Source: Nitrosopumilus sp. (GTDB lineage: Archaea; Thermoproteota; Nitrososphaeria; Nitrososphaerales; Nitrosopumilaceae). Taken from it: a stretch of DNA of 64,000 bases. Positions 51,251 to 61,788 of this stretch are shown in pieces. The number at the start of each line of letters is the position of its first letter. Positions within the stretch are counted from its first letter, which is position 1. The notes under the pieces are model-generated. The model saw only the letters and a program-made list of their open reading frames with translations, had not been told where the DNA came from and did not search any database. Position numbers and translations under genes: made by a program. The stretch is from assembly GCA_965224195.1 (NCBI GenBank), contig OZ245040.1:1056001-1120000 (forward strand). Reading direction: 5' to 3'.

Positions 51251-51994
51251 ATGTATTATCTGTACATTGATGAAAGTGGGGATTCAGGAGATTATTTGGA
51301 TGAATTTAATAAGGTCATAGAAGGGAGTTCCAAATTTTTTACTCTGGCTGGAATCATCGTAGATGATACTCTAAAAACAAATCTGGATAATGAAATTAAT
51401 TCCATAAGTGACAGATATTTTTCAACGATTTCACTTCCAGAAAATTTCAAGATTCACTATCATCCATTAAGAAACAAACGCCCTCCATATGACAAATTAT
51501 TAGATAGTCAGAGGTTTCAATTGGCAAATGACATGTTTAAACTCATCAAAAAATCAAACTGTCATCTTTTGTCAGTTACAATAAATCTAGAACGTCATTG
51601 TAGAAAATATGGCATACCTGCCAATCCCAAAGCATATGCCATGTTGATAATACTTGAGAGGTTTCAAGATTTTCTTGAGGAAAATGGCGCAGAAGGTAGG
51701 GCAATTTATGAAAAATTCAATAAAAAAGCAAGAAAAAAAGTGGAGCGTACAATAAGAGGATTGAAGGAAATTTTACGTTTTAGACATTATAGGGAATTAA
51801 ACAACATCCGAGGTCATGTGGAAAATGGAGATCCTAAGACATCTCCAATATTACAACTTGCAGATTTTTTTGCATATGCTGTATGGATAAAACTAACTAC
51901 TTCTGATGCTTCCAAAAACAGATGGCTTTCAATCAAAGACAAGTATTATCGATTAGATTACGGTCGGTATAAAGCAGGAAATGTTGAAATCTAA
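51251..51994 (+). CDS. DUF3800-family protein
   Basis: YIDESGD N-terminal and LQLADFFAY C-terminal motifs. Confidence 0.88.
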   Translation: MYYLYIDESGDSGDYLDEFNKVIEGSSKFFTLAGIIVDDTLKTNLDNEINSISDRYFSTISLPENFKIHYHPLRNKRPPYDKLLDSQRFQLANDMFKLIKKSNCHLLSVTINLERHCRKYGIPANPKAYAMLIILERFQDFLEENGAEGRAIYEKFNKKARKKVERTIRGLKEILRFRHYRELNNIRGHVENGDPKTSPILQLADFFAYAVWIKLTTSDASKNRWLSIKDKYYRLDYGRYKAGNVEI

Positions 51995-51995
51995 A

Positions 51996-52054
51996 GGCGA
52001 TTCCTGAGCTCTCTTGCGAGTCTCATAGTTAGCATTACACCAACGGAACCGTAC
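51996..52054 (-). ncRNA. Candidate DUF3800-associated structured RNA
   Basis: Minus strand: cggttcc/ggaatcg encloses gttggt/gctaac and tgag..ctc-GCAA-gag..ctca. Confidence 0.6.
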
Positions 52055-52465
52055 TAATAATACCAATCTCTATTTTTTAAAGGTTGGGAATTTTCAAACC
52101 ATTTTAAAAAATAAAGACCCATAATCATCAAAAATTTAATTTACGCACAAAAGATAACCCCCTTTCTCACAGCAGAATTTTAGTCACAACACAATTTGGT
52201 CAAACTAGGGCTTTAGCTTTTACTCACAACACAAAAAGATCATACAACTCTAGCTGAGATAGAATTGTGATGGTATTGCGTTTTGTAATTAGGTGTGATC
52301 GTTGCACACACACCTTTTTGGCATCATTCTGAGAAAATTGTAATATGCCTGTTATTCATGTTGAATTTTTGGGATTTAGCTGAACATGCATAAGAGCTAA
52401 ACCCCCTATTTTAATAATTTTGTGTTTTCTGATGTTGAATTAATCATTTCAGATTTGTCAAATGG

Positions 52466-53628
52466 TAACTTTGTTTCCTAATTATACAGTCTAGGCTCAA
52501 AATACAACCAAAAAAGATTTGGATCATAGATTGTACAATCATTTTCATGCCTGAGAAAAGATATGCTGTTCTAACGTATCATCAATCATCAGATTGTAAA
52601 TCATCACCTTGAATTTTATCACCCTTGTCACATTGCACCACACTCTGGCTGAAATATTCTCACCTAAAATTCCCTTGAATGTGGGAACTGCAATCCCTGC
52701 TGCCCAGCGTCTTCGATAACAAATGTCTTTCCTCCGCTGTCTTTGATTCTCTTTCTTTTGCACTTTTGTTAAACCATAAAATATTTTGAAATTCTCAGGA
52801 TTCATCTAGCAATTGCCAAGCTGCAACAACCCTTGCTCTTTTCTTGACTTGCTGCCCTTTGTTTTTATTGAGAAATTTTTTCTTACTGAAATTATTGGTG
52901 TGGCATTTTGCTTGTCGCATTCTTTAAAATTGTCATCAGGACCATATGCTCCATCAGCACCAACTGACAATTCTTCAGATGATACGACATTGGGAGAATT
53001 CTCAATATTTTGTAACGCTTCATCAAGTAACTTTTTGAATTCTGGTGCATCACCACAAGAATCATCAGCTGCTGATACTGCGCAAGTCTTTTTTGTTTTT
53101 GAGTCAACCATGATGTGCAGCTTTATGAATCCACGCTTTACGTTCCATTTTTCATCCGTCCAGTCCACTCTGTCTGTTGGTTCAAGTCCAGTAGAGCCGC
53201 CTGCCAAAAATACAATCCCTGTTTTTACTTTGCCATCTGAAAACCAACTCCTGCCATTGTCATCTTCCAAGTTTATTTTGTTGATTCTTTTCCAAATGGC
53301 TGAAAAGTTTGGTGAATTTTCTTTTCCCAACATGTCCTCAGCTATTCCCTGTAGTTGTCCGTATCCAGTATCAACAGTATTTCGAAACAGTGCCATTATC
53401 ATAAAGTATCTGAATAAAAAAACGGTGCTCCAACTCTGCCGTCATTTAGTTGTTCAATACACTCAGACATTATAGTATCATCAAGATGCAGAACATGGAA
53501 CTTGCCACGTGAGATGTGCCTTCTATCATCATATTTTTTTCAGACATGAAAATGATTGTACAATCTATGATCCAAATCTTTTTTGGTTGTATTTTGAGCC
53601 TAGACTGTATAATTAGGAAACAAAGTTA
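52466..53628 (-). mobile_element. Degraded IS5-family (IS903-like) element with perfect 84-bp inverted ends
   Basis: 52466-52549 is the exact reverse complement of 53545-53628; transposase remnants GSTGL, GFIKLHIMVD, ADGAY, Y.RRW. Confidence 0.85.
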
Positions 53629-53882
53629 TCTGGTGGGAACATTGTATTTATATGAGGATATGATTAGACCTACAGACCGTCCGTTGCAGACAATACAAAT
53701 GGCCTAACTTGTCACAGCATGTATTTTTCTACACTACTGCTAGCAGTCCAATTCTGATGATTTGTATTTTTCCCGGACATTGGATTGTGTCCGGTTCTCA
53801 GACGGTATCTGCAGCTCTCAACAATTGGTCGGTTTTCCTTATTTTTTACTAAAACTTGCAATGTGTTGCTGCCAATCAAACT

Positions 53883-54908
53883 CTAGGACTGTTTTTTTTC
53901 CTTCATTGTTTCAAAATAATAAACAATGGCAGCAAACACAACGACAAAAAATATTATGGAAGTTATTAGCAGATCACCAATAGATAGTTTGAGCTCGACA
54001 GGTTCGGGTGTTGGCTCTGGTGTTGGCTCTGGTGTTGGCTCTGGTGTTGGCTCTGGTGTTGGCTCTGGTGTTGGCTCTGGTGTTGGCTCTGGTGTTGGCT
54101 CTGGTGTTGGCTCTGGTGTTGGCTCTGGTGTTGGCTCTGGTGTTGGCTCTGGTGTTGGCTCTGGTGTTGGCTCTGGTGTTGGCTCTGGTGTTGGCTCTGG
54201 TGTTGGCTCTGGTGTTGGCTCTGGTGTTGGCTCTGGTGTTGGCTCTGGTGTTGGCTCTGGTGTTGGCTCTGGTGTTGGCTCTGGTGTTGGCTCTGGTGTT
54301 GGCTCTGGTGTTGGCTCTGGTGTTGGCTCTGGTGTTGGCTCTGGTGTTGGCTCTGGTGTTGGCTCTGGTGTTGGCTCTGGTGTTGGCTCTGGTGTTGGCT
54401 CTGGTGTTGGCTCTGGTGTTGGCTCTGGTGTTGGCTCTGGTGTTGGCTCTGGTGTTGGCTCTGGTGTTGGCTCTGGTGTTGGCTCTGGTGTTGGCTCTGG
54501 TGTTGGCTCTGGTGTTGGCTCTGGTGTTGGCTCTGGTGTTGGCTCTGGTGTTGGCTCTGGTGTTGGCTCTGGTGTTGGCTCTGGTGTTGGCTCTGGTGTT
54601 GGCTCTGGTGTTGGCTCTGGTGTTGGCTCTGGTGTTGGCTCTGGTGTTGGCTCTGGTGTTGGCTCTGGTGTTGGCTCTGGTGTTGGCTCTGGTGTTGGCT
54701 CTGGTGTTGGCTCTGGTGTTGGCTCTGGTGTTGGCTCTGGTGTTGGCTCTGGTGTTGGCTCTGGTGTTGGCTCTGGTGTTGGCTCTGGTGTTGGCTCTGG
54801 TGTTGGCTCTGGTGTTGGCTCTGGTGTTGGCTCTGGTGTTGGCTCTGGTGTTGGCTCTGGTGTTGGCTCTGTGAATCTATGTCGGATTACTTGATACAGA
54901 ATATGCAA
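53883..54908 (-). CDS. (TPEP)n stalk protein with C-terminal membrane anchor, probably 5'-truncated
   Basis: About 72 EPTP units, then a hydrophobic helix and KEKK tail; no signal peptide. Confidence 0.6.
   Translation of the reverse strand: MHILYQVIRHRFTEPTPEPTPEPTPEPTPEPTPEPTPEPTPEPTPEPTPEPTPEPTPEPTPEPTPEPTPEPTPEPTPEPTPEPTPEPTPEPTPEPTPEPTPEPTPEPTPEPTPEPTPEPTPEPTPEPTPEPTPEPTPEPTPEPTPEPTPEPTPEPTPEPTPEPTPEPTPEPTPEPTPEPTPEPTPEPTPEPTPEPTPEPTPEPTPEPTPEPTPEPTPEPTPEPTPEPTPEPTPEPTPEPTPEPTPEPTPEPTPEPTPEPTPEPTPEPTPEPTPEPTPEPTPEPTPEPTPEPTPEPTPEPTPEPVELKLSIGDLLITSIIFFVVVFAAIVYYFETMKEKKQS
54007..54870. repeat. Perfect 12-bp tandem repeat (ggtgttggctct) x72
   Basis: 864 bp with no variant unit seen. Confidence 0.95.
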
Positions 54909-54968
54909 TTTGATTGATATATTTAATATTTCAAATTAATTTTTTCTATCATAGTATTTTGAATTCTT

Positions 54969-55247
54969 CTAAGCATGAACATCACTTCTTAAAAGAAACA
55001 GAAATAGTAAAAGAATTGCAGGGGAAAAAATAATGTACTTGAAAGGAGTCTTGTTTATCACATAAAGAGGAATGCCAATAATTCCGATTATCACTCCAAC
55101 ATACATTATCTCAAAGGGAACCATCTGACCAAGTACATAGGTTTTGTTGGACGTAAGCAAAAGTAATGCAAACATAACCGCCCCCATTCCAGTAATTATC
55201 AAAGTATTCTGCATAATTTTCTGTTTGTTCATATTTGACAGTTTCAT
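54969..55247 (-). CDS. Small membrane protein
   Basis: Three hydrophobic segments. Confidence 0.6.
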   Translation of the reverse strand: MKLSNMNKQKIMQNTLIITGMGAVMFALLLLTSNKTYVLGQMVPFEIMYVGVIIGIIGIPLYVINKTPFKYIIFSPAILLLFLFLLRSDVHA

Positions 55248-56277
55248 GTGTATGATAAAAAAGAGATCTCTAAGGAACTGTAACCTTAGAGAGAGAAGAG
55301 TTTGTGTCTGATGTGTCCATCATATGATTCCAAGTATTGGAAACATAGACATTTCCATCTGACCACGTTTTTGTTGTAGTGTCGTGACAACCTGCAATCA
55401 CCCAGCACGTATCATTAAAGTCATGACCATTACTCCAAGTGTTATCAAACTCTATTGTAGAGTTGTTCTTGATAGTAAAGGACTCGATATCGTGGATTCT
55501 ATTATACCATGCTTGTCTTAATCCATCATAGAATGCATCAAGAGTTGGTACCTCTCTTGTTATGATTCATGACCTCTAATTCTTTATGCCAGTTATCAAT
55601 AGCATCAAATGACATTATGATCTCGCCTCTTCTGACTAGTTTTTCATTGTATTGGTTCCAGTTAACCATGAGAATGGTCAGAATGTGAGATCCAAAGATA
55701 TTGTTATGAAATAAAGTTGATCAGATTGTTATTTGTTCGACAAAGTAGAGGCAATACATTTGCAGGTGATAACGATCTTTATATCGTAACTACTTCAGAC
55801 AATAGTTCCATATGTGAAAGAACTTACACATTGTATTTCTATGATGAAGATCTAGAAAGTCTGACTATCCTGATAGTCCGTTTGGATTTTAAACTGGTAT
55901 GTGATCCTATAATATAATGACTATGAAAAAATATCTATGGCATTTTTGTTTGCAGATATATTGCTAATACCGGCAAACGCTCTTACAAATGGTGCCAACG
56001 ATCTAGAAGACGATATAATGACTTCATATGATAATACCAACAAGCTAGAGCCTGTAGACAGCACGGTGGATCCCCCCATCCATTGTGATAAATTTCCACC
56101 AATCTTCTTCCACAGAGGGGACAGTTGCTATTTTCAAACAGGATTTCTTTCTCCAGTTTGCCATATGACAAGTCACCAAACCACAATGTGTGGCACACAT
56201 TTGGAATCCTAAATCAAATCCTGTCGAAATATCTATGAGTAAACTTGAAGGAAATACCAGCGCTGTAATTAAAAAAA

Positions 56278-57612
56278 TTATTTTCCAACATACTTTTTCC
56301 AGCTTTCTTTATTACTAGAATCCAATAGATTATGCAGGTTTGAAAGATGGGAATTCTTTTTTCTGAATGACAAAGTATCTCTATATTTTTGTTCAGCATC
56401 ATGAAAAATTTTTACATCCTCAACTGATTTCCACCATTTAGTAAAACAAGAAAGTCCAATCAGTTGTGGTTCTGCAGTAAGCTTGAACTGGCTTCCGTAT
56501 CCCTTCCTGCCTTTGGAAATTGTTTGAGATATGGCAATTCCAGAGTTTACTAGCTCAACTAGCATTTCTGAGAATCTCCTGTAGGAAATTCTCCTATATT
56601 CTTTTGAAAGGATTTTTTGGTACTGATTATACAACTCAGAAGTACTATGCCATTCACCACCACTAAGAAAAGTGAGACTGGATAATGCAGCACACGCCAT
56701 TCTAAAATGATGGGAACCGCCATTTATGATGGTAGTTAGTTGGTTTTTCTGTAGTTGCTTTATGGCTTCATCAATATGTTGTTTTGAAAGTTTTTTATTT
56801 TCAGTGCCAGCTAGTTCCCCGCTTGTTCTTAGCAGATCAATTGCACGTCTTACATCACCATGTTCTTCAGAACTAATTTTTGCGCAATATTTCAAGACAC
56901 CATCATCAATGAATTTAGAAAATGATTTTTTTGCTCTATTGCGGACTATTTTAAGAACATTGCTTTCTGAATATGAATTAAAATAGATTTCAGATGATCC
57001 AATTCTTGAAACAACTCTGTCATCAAGATCAAATTCTGAAAGGATTTTGTTGGATATGGTAATCACGCACATGTGATTTCGCAATGCGCGCAGGCTTTCA
57101 ACTAAAACAAGAAGATTGTAAATAAAATCAGAAGGCTTTCCTCTTTTATCAGAAAACAAAGTATCAAATTCATCAAGACACAATACAAAAAGAGATTTTT
57201 TTGACTGTGCAAGCCTGTCTTTGATTAGTTTCCCTAAAATTGAAAATGTAGAATTGATGCCTTGAGCATTTTTTAGGTTTGGGTGGCCAAGTTCAGATAA
57301 AATCAAATTTGCACATCCAAAAATGGTTTTTGATTTACGTAAATCAACATAGCAAAAATCAAGATCAAGATTCTCACATACAAACTGGATAATTGTAGAT
57401 TTTCCTGAGCCGCTTCGCCCATAAACTGAAATCAATGGAACCACAAGGCCTCTCTCATAAGACAGTAAATAATTCACCAATTGTTTTGATTCATCTTTTC
57501 TACCGATAATAGATTTTGGAACAGTTAGATTATCAAGATAAGATTTGTTAGAAAATACAGAATTTTGTTTTCTAACATCAATAACTATTTTTTGTAATTT
57601 TTGCTTATTCAA
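56278..57612 (-). CDS. Orc1/Cdc6-family AAA+ ATPase with winged-helix domain
   Basis: IIGRKDE, YGRSGSGKS, LDEFD, LDDRVVSR, HGDVRRAIDLLR, ISYRRFSEML, GRKG. Confidence 0.88.
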   Translation of the reverse strand: MNKQKLQKIVIDVRKQNSVFSNKSYLDNLTVPKSIIGRKDESKQLVNYLLSYERGLVVPLISVYGRSGSGKSTIIQFVCENLDLDFCYVDLRKSKTIFGCANLILSELGHPNLKNAQGINSTFSILGKLIKDRLAQSKKSLFVLCLDEFDTLFSDKRGKPSDFIYNLLVLVESLRALRNHMCVITISNKILSEFDLDDRVVSRIGSSEIYFNSYSESNVLKIVRNRAKKSFSKFIDDGVLKYCAKISSEEHGDVRRAIDLLRTSGELAGTENKKLSKQHIDEAIKQLQKNQLTTIINGGSHHFRMACAALSSLTFLSGGEWHSTSELYNQYQKILSKEYRRISYRRFSEMLVELVNSGIAISQTISKGRKGYGSQFKLTAEPQLIGLSCFTKWWKSVEDVKIFHDAEQKYRDTLSFRKKNSHLSNLHNLLDSSNKESWKKYVGK

Positions 57613-57625
57613 GATATCACATTAT

Positions 57626-57639
57626 GTTCCACTAGAAAC
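57626..57639. promoter_or_regulatory. ORB-like box upstream of the cdc6-like gene
   Basis: GTTCCACTAGAAAC resembles the archaeal ORB core GTTCCAGTGGAAA. Confidence 0.45.
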
Positions 57640-57702
57640 TCATATATATTTATAAAAGTACTTTCTAGGCGTAAAAATTTGGAAAATTCTGATTAGTTTA
57701 GT

Positions 57703-59064
57703 CTATGTAAAAGAAAAAGTCTCACGTTTGGTACCAAGTAGAATTATGCCAATCATGCCAATTGCAAGAATAATCATAGCAATGCTGCCAAATTCAGGTA
57801 CAACTATTAAAACAAATTCAGTTTCTTGTCCTGTATTTCTAATATTTTCAAATTTTATTACTGTCGGACCTGTCTGATCTTCAGTAAATGTAAATTTTTC
57901 AAATTCGCCACCAACTTGTGCCATTCCAGAGGCCCGATGAATTTCCTCTCCATTTTGAATTATTACAAATGTATAATCAGAACTTCTTAAAGGTTCATTT
58001 GTTCTTCCATCCCTAATTGTAAAAATAAAATTAGTATCAACACCAGGTTCTATATTTAAGGGATCCCATGAAAGATTTACTTTAAAATCCTCACTTTTTG
58101 TATATGCTTCTAATGGAAAAGCCGTAGCTTCACTTGTAGATAATGTAAATAAAATATTATCAGGTAATGGTTCATCTAATTTTTTCATTTCATTTTTCAA
58201 ATATCGTAAATGATCTTGTAACAAAACAAAATGAATTATTCTTTCATCATCTTCAGTATAGTCATCAACAGAAACTGAAGATTTGAATAATTCGATTCCG
58301 TTAACATATCCTGAATAACTAGGTGCGATAAACTCGACAAATTCTTTTGGAAGGTGTGTTTCTACGTGAACCACATTAACATGTGACATTTGTTTTTCAC
58401 TCCAGTCAAATGGCATTTCAAACGTGACTTGGTTAGCCTCATAATCATAATTGAAATTAGAAATTGTGTCAAAATATGACTTTGAACGAAAATCTACATC
58501 ATTATTTTCAGAGTCTTTTTGAGTAAATGATACAGTCTCAATTACGCTCAAATCAGCATTATAGATTCCCGATTCTATGATATTTGTAGGCTCATCAATT
58601 GTTCGTATCTCAATTTCAAAGTTGTATAATCCACTGGAATCAAACAAAGGTCCTATAATTTTAAGAGGATTAGATTCAGTTCCGTGCCATGCTCCAAGCA
58701 AAGAGTCTTGTTCACCATGAATTGTAATTTCATTTTCTTGGGTAGGCTTGACTTGGATTTGTAAAATGCCATCTTCTGCAAAGAAATAGTTTCTAAATAT
58801 CATTTCATTTTCATGAAATAGACCAATTAAAAAGGTGACATTTTTTGCATTTTCTTTTGTTGCATCTTCAGTAGCAGTAATTGTAATTTGTTCTTGATCA
58901 TTTTCAAAAGTCATTGGCATCTCTACAGAAATTGAGAGTTTTTTTCCTTGAATGTCTATTGAAGAAATAGTATCAAGACCAAATCCATGTCCATAAACAC
59001 TACTTGCAGGAAACAATAAACATGAAATTAATCCAAATATTACAAATTTTTTTAAAAAAATCAT
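57703..59064 (-). CDS. PEFG-CTERM sorting-domain surface protein
   Basis: Signal peptide; C-terminal VPEFG, transmembrane helix, basic residues. Confidence 0.88.
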   Translation of the reverse strand: MIFLKKFVIFGLISCLLFPASSVYGHGFGLDTISSIDIQGKKLSISVEMPMTFENDQEQITITATEDATKENAKNVTFLIGLFHENEMIFRNYFFAEDGILQIQVKPTQENEITIHGEQDSLLGAWHGTESNPLKIIGPLFDSSGLYNFEIEIRTIDEPTNIIESGIYNADLSVIETVSFTQKDSENNDVDFRSKSYFDTISNFNYDYEANQVTFEMPFDWSEKQMSHVNVVHVETHLPKEFVEFIAPSYSGYVNGIELFKSSVSVDDYTEDDERIIHFVLLQDHLRYLKNEMKKLDEPLPDNILFTLSTSEATAFPLEAYTKSEDFKVNLSWDPLNIEPGVDTNFIFTIRDGRTNEPLRSSDYTFVIIQNGEEIHRASGMAQVGGEFEKFTFTEDQTGPTVIKFENIRNTGQETEFVLIVVPEFGSIAMIILAIGMIGIILLGTKRETFSFT

Positions 59065-59066
59065 AT

Positions 59067-59774
59067 CTATATTGCCAATAATTCCTCAACTCGCTTAATT
59101 AGTTCATCCATAGTAGTTGCTTCTAAAATTGGTTGTAATTCATTTGGATCCTTAGCCCCTATTGCAGATAATGAGTATATGTAATCAACTGTAGGTGTGT
59201 CAGTGTTTAGATAGTATTGCTCCAAAACATGATCTAACGAATGTGAATCAACAACTTGAGGTAAAGCTTGTTTGATGGTTTTCTTTTTCCATAATTCAAC
59301 TAGTGCGTCCCATTTTTCAAGAGAAATGTTCTCATCAATTTCAGGAATCATTTCAACTTCTGCTTGTATGTACATTTTTTCTCCTGTTCCAATTTTTTCA
59401 TGTATTTCAGAAATTTCTTGATGTCCTTCTACAGAAAGAGGATCATAATTTGCAGGTTGTGTAATAGATGGTGGAATGATTCTTTTAATTTTAAATGAAT
59501 TTCGTCCTAGAGTTTCTATGTGTAATTGTAATCCATCAATCTCTACATCTTCACATTTAGAAATTTTAGCAATAGTACCTACTAATTTTGGAGAATTCCA
59601 GCCATTAACAGAATTATTTTCATCAATCAAACATACACCAAATTGACCATCACCAATCATGCAATCGTCAACTAATTGCTTGTATCGAGGCTCAAAAATT
59701 CGAAGTGGAAGTTCTTGTCTAGGAAATAATACCAAGTCTAAAGGAAATATTGGAATAATTTTTGTTTCAGCCAA
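59067..59774 (-). CDS. Lon protease substrate-binding (N-terminal) domain protein
   Basis: IPIFPL..VLFP...LPLRIFEPRY. Confidence 0.88.
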   Translation of the reverse strand: MAETKIIPIFPLDLVLFPRQELPLRIFEPRYKQLVDDCMIGDGQFGVCLIDENNSVNGWNSPKLVGTIAKISKCEDVEIDGLQLHIETLGRNSFKIKRIIPPSITQPANYDPLSVEGHQEISEIHEKIGTGEKMYIQAEVEMIPEIDENISLEKWDALVELWKKKTIKQALPQVVDSHSLDHVLEQYYLNTDTPTVDYIYSLSAIGAKDPNELQPILEATTMDELIKRVEELLAI

Positions 59775-59826
59775 CTAATCATATTGAAATGTCTCTAGAT
59801 ATATGGAATACGGATTTTCCTAAAAT

Positions 59827-60756
59827 TTAAAATCCATTCTCATTTAGAATCATACCTAATAGAGCTGCACGAGTGTGTTTTCCGTATTCTGCTTGCTCAA
59901 AGTACTTGGCATTTTTTGTTTTATCAACATCTGCAGCAATTTCATCTATTCTTGGTAATGGATGTAAAATTATGGAATCATCTTTCATTCGCTTTAACAT
60001 ATCTAATCCCACAACATAACTTCCCTTTACTTTGAGATATTCTTCATCATCAGGAAATCTCTCTTTTTGAATTCTTGTTACATAAAGGACATCAAGTTCA
60101 TCTAAATGATCTTCAATGTCACTAGATTCAGTAAAGTCTAATTTCTTTTTGATTTCATAAGTAGAGTCAGATCTTATTCTTAGTGATTCAGGGGAAATTA
60201 ATCTAACATCAACATCATAATTTCCTAGTCCATGTAATAGAGAGTAAACAGTTCGTCCATACTTTAGATCACCTACAATTCCAATTTTTAGACCATCAAT
60301 TTTTTTCTTTTCTTTTTTTATTGTATACAAATCTTGAATTGCTTGGGTTGGATGTTCTTCTGTACCACTGCCTGCATTAATTATAGGTTTATCAGAAATT
60401 TCAGCTGCAAATCTACTAGAGCCATCAAGAGTATGACGCAAAACTAAAACATCTGAATAAATGGACATTATTCTAACAGTATCAGCAAGACTTTCACCTT
60501 TTTGAGTTGATGAAGATGTTATATCAGATATTCCTAAAGAATTTCCACCAATGGATGCTATAGCAGAATCAAAGCTAAGACGAGTTCTAGTGCTTGGCTC
60601 ATAAAACAAATATCCCAAAGTATTGCCTTTACAAATCTCCCTTCTATCTGAAGGGCTTAATTTCATAATTTTATCAGTTGATGCAAAGATTGTTTCTAAT
60701 TGTTCTTTGGTATAGTCCTTAATTGAGATGATGTCTTTTTGGTAGAACTCGTTCAT
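59827..60756 (-). CDS. pyrB: Aspartate carbamoyltransferase catalytic subunit
   Basis: FYEPSTRTR, HPTQ, HPLPR. Confidence 0.96.
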   Translation of the reverse strand: MNEFYQKDIISIKDYTKEQLETIFASTDKIMKLSPSDRREICKGNTLGYLFYEPSTRTRLSFDSAIASIGGNSLGISDITSSSTQKGESLADTVRIMSIYSDVLVLRHTLDGSSRFAAEISDKPIINAGSGTEEHPTQAIQDLYTIKKEKKKIDGLKIGIVGDLKYGRTVYSLLHGLGNYDVDVRLISPESLRIRSDSTYEIKKKLDFTESSDIEDHLDELDVLYVTRIQKERFPDDEEYLKVKGSYVVGLDMLKRMKDDSIILHPLPRIDEIAADVDKTKNAKYFEQAEYGKHTRAALLGMILNENGF

Positions 60757-60797
60757 TCTTTCAATAATATATACAGGTGACTATACAAAGTATTCTG

Positions 60798-61259
60798 ATG
60801 GAACAGTCCGACCTTATGGTTCGACGAATTAAGGAAGGTACAGTAATTGACCACATAGATGAAGGCAAGGGTCTTCAGGTACTAAACGCATTAAGGATTG
60901 ATGGTGGGGATGGGAGTCTAATTACCATAGCCTTGAATGTTCCAAGTGGTAAATTTAAGAAAAAAGATATTATCAAAGTAGAAAACAAGTTTCTAAAAGA
61001 TGATGACACAAACAAACTAGCAGTCATTGCACCAACTGCAACAATCAACATGATTAGAGAATACAAACTTGTTGAGAAGAGAAGAGTCTCATTGCCAAAT
61101 GAGATTGATAGAATTTTCAGATGTTCAAACCCTGATTGTATTACAAATAGTACAGAGCATATTGAATCTGTAATGGATGTGATTAACAAAGATGGAAGAG
61201 TTCTCAAATGCAGATATTGTGCACGAGTTTTGGATGTTAATCAGCTAAAATATAATTAA
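60798..61259 (+). CDS. pyrI: Aspartate carbamoyltransferase regulatory subunit
   Basis: GTVIDHI, KKDIIKVE, CSNPDCIT, CRYC. Confidence 0.95.
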   Translation: MEQSDLMVRRIKEGTVIDHIDEGKGLQVLNALRIDGGDGSLITIALNVPSGKFKKKDIIKVENKFLKDDDTNKLAVIAPTATINMIREYKLVEKRRVSLPNEIDRIFRCSNPDCITNSTEHIESVMDVINKDGRVLKCRYCARVLDVNQLKYN

Positions 61260-61296
61260 ATAAAAAATCTAAAAATTGAAAAATATGCTGTTTGGA

Positions 61297-61602
61297 CTAT
61301 TGTCCTAAGATGATAAACATCATAACTATACCGTAGATTGCGATTGATTCGACCATACCTACAAAGATGAATACCTTAGATTGTAAAGCTGGGTTTTCAC
61401 TAATGACTGCAAGACCTGCTGCACCTACTTGACCAAGACCTATTCCTGCTCCACCGGCTGCAATACCAAATGCTAAACCAGCACCTAGGAGTTTCATAGA
61501 GTCGCCACTAGATGCACCATCTTCTTGAGCAAATGCAACTCCAGTTGAACCTAGAATTGAAATTGCTGATGCTGCCAAAAGTAACATGACGATAGATTTC
61601 AT
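61297..61602 (-). CDS. atpK: A-type ATP synthase proteolipid subunit K/c
   Basis: GAGIGLG..GAA, ESIAIYG. Confidence 0.92.
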   Translation of the reverse strand: MKSIVMLLLAASAISILGSTGVAFAQEDGASSGDSMKLLGAGLAFGIAAGGAGIGLGQVGAAGLAVISENPALQSKVFIFVGMVESIAIYGIVMMFIILGQ

Positions 61603-61654
61603 TTACGATCAGGCTCCATGATATCCATATTTAAATCATGATAAGATAAAAAGA

Positions 61655-61786
61655 TCAAATTCGATCTAAAGTTTTCTTTTTGAATGATGTTAGATCGTCT
61701 TTAATGGATTTTACGAAATTATCATAATCTCCATTTAATTCCTTCTTAGAATTTTCAAGCATTTTTTTTATTTCTTCTTTTGCCAT
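61655..61786 (-). CDS. 43-aa hypothetical protein within the ATPase cluster
   Basis: MAKEEIKKMLENSKKELNGDYDNFVKSIKDDLTSFKKKTLDRI begins right after the atpD stop. Confidence 0.55.
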   Translation of the reverse strand: MAKEEIKKMLENSKKELNGDYDNFVKSIKDDLTSFKKKTLDRI

Positions 61787-61788
61787 TA

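Larger units (their letters stand above)
33916..57700. mobile_element. Accessory/defence genomic island (boundaries approximate)
   Basis: Core genes give way to RM genes, integrases, TA pairs, IS remnants and a cdc6-like gene; no tRNA or att site seen at the edges. Confidence 0.7.

Noticed and set aside
53926-54894. Plus-strand ORFs (GSGV)n and (LALV)n
   Set aside because: By-products of a stop-free 12-bp repeat; only the minus frame connects to a sensible membrane anchor.
55260-55960. Gene fragments between the membrane protein and the cdc6-like gene
   Set aside because: Looks like decayed coding sequence, but no family could be supported.
33916-57700. tRNA-associated attL/attR at the island borders
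   Set aside because: No tRNA or convincing direct repeat was found by eye at either edge.
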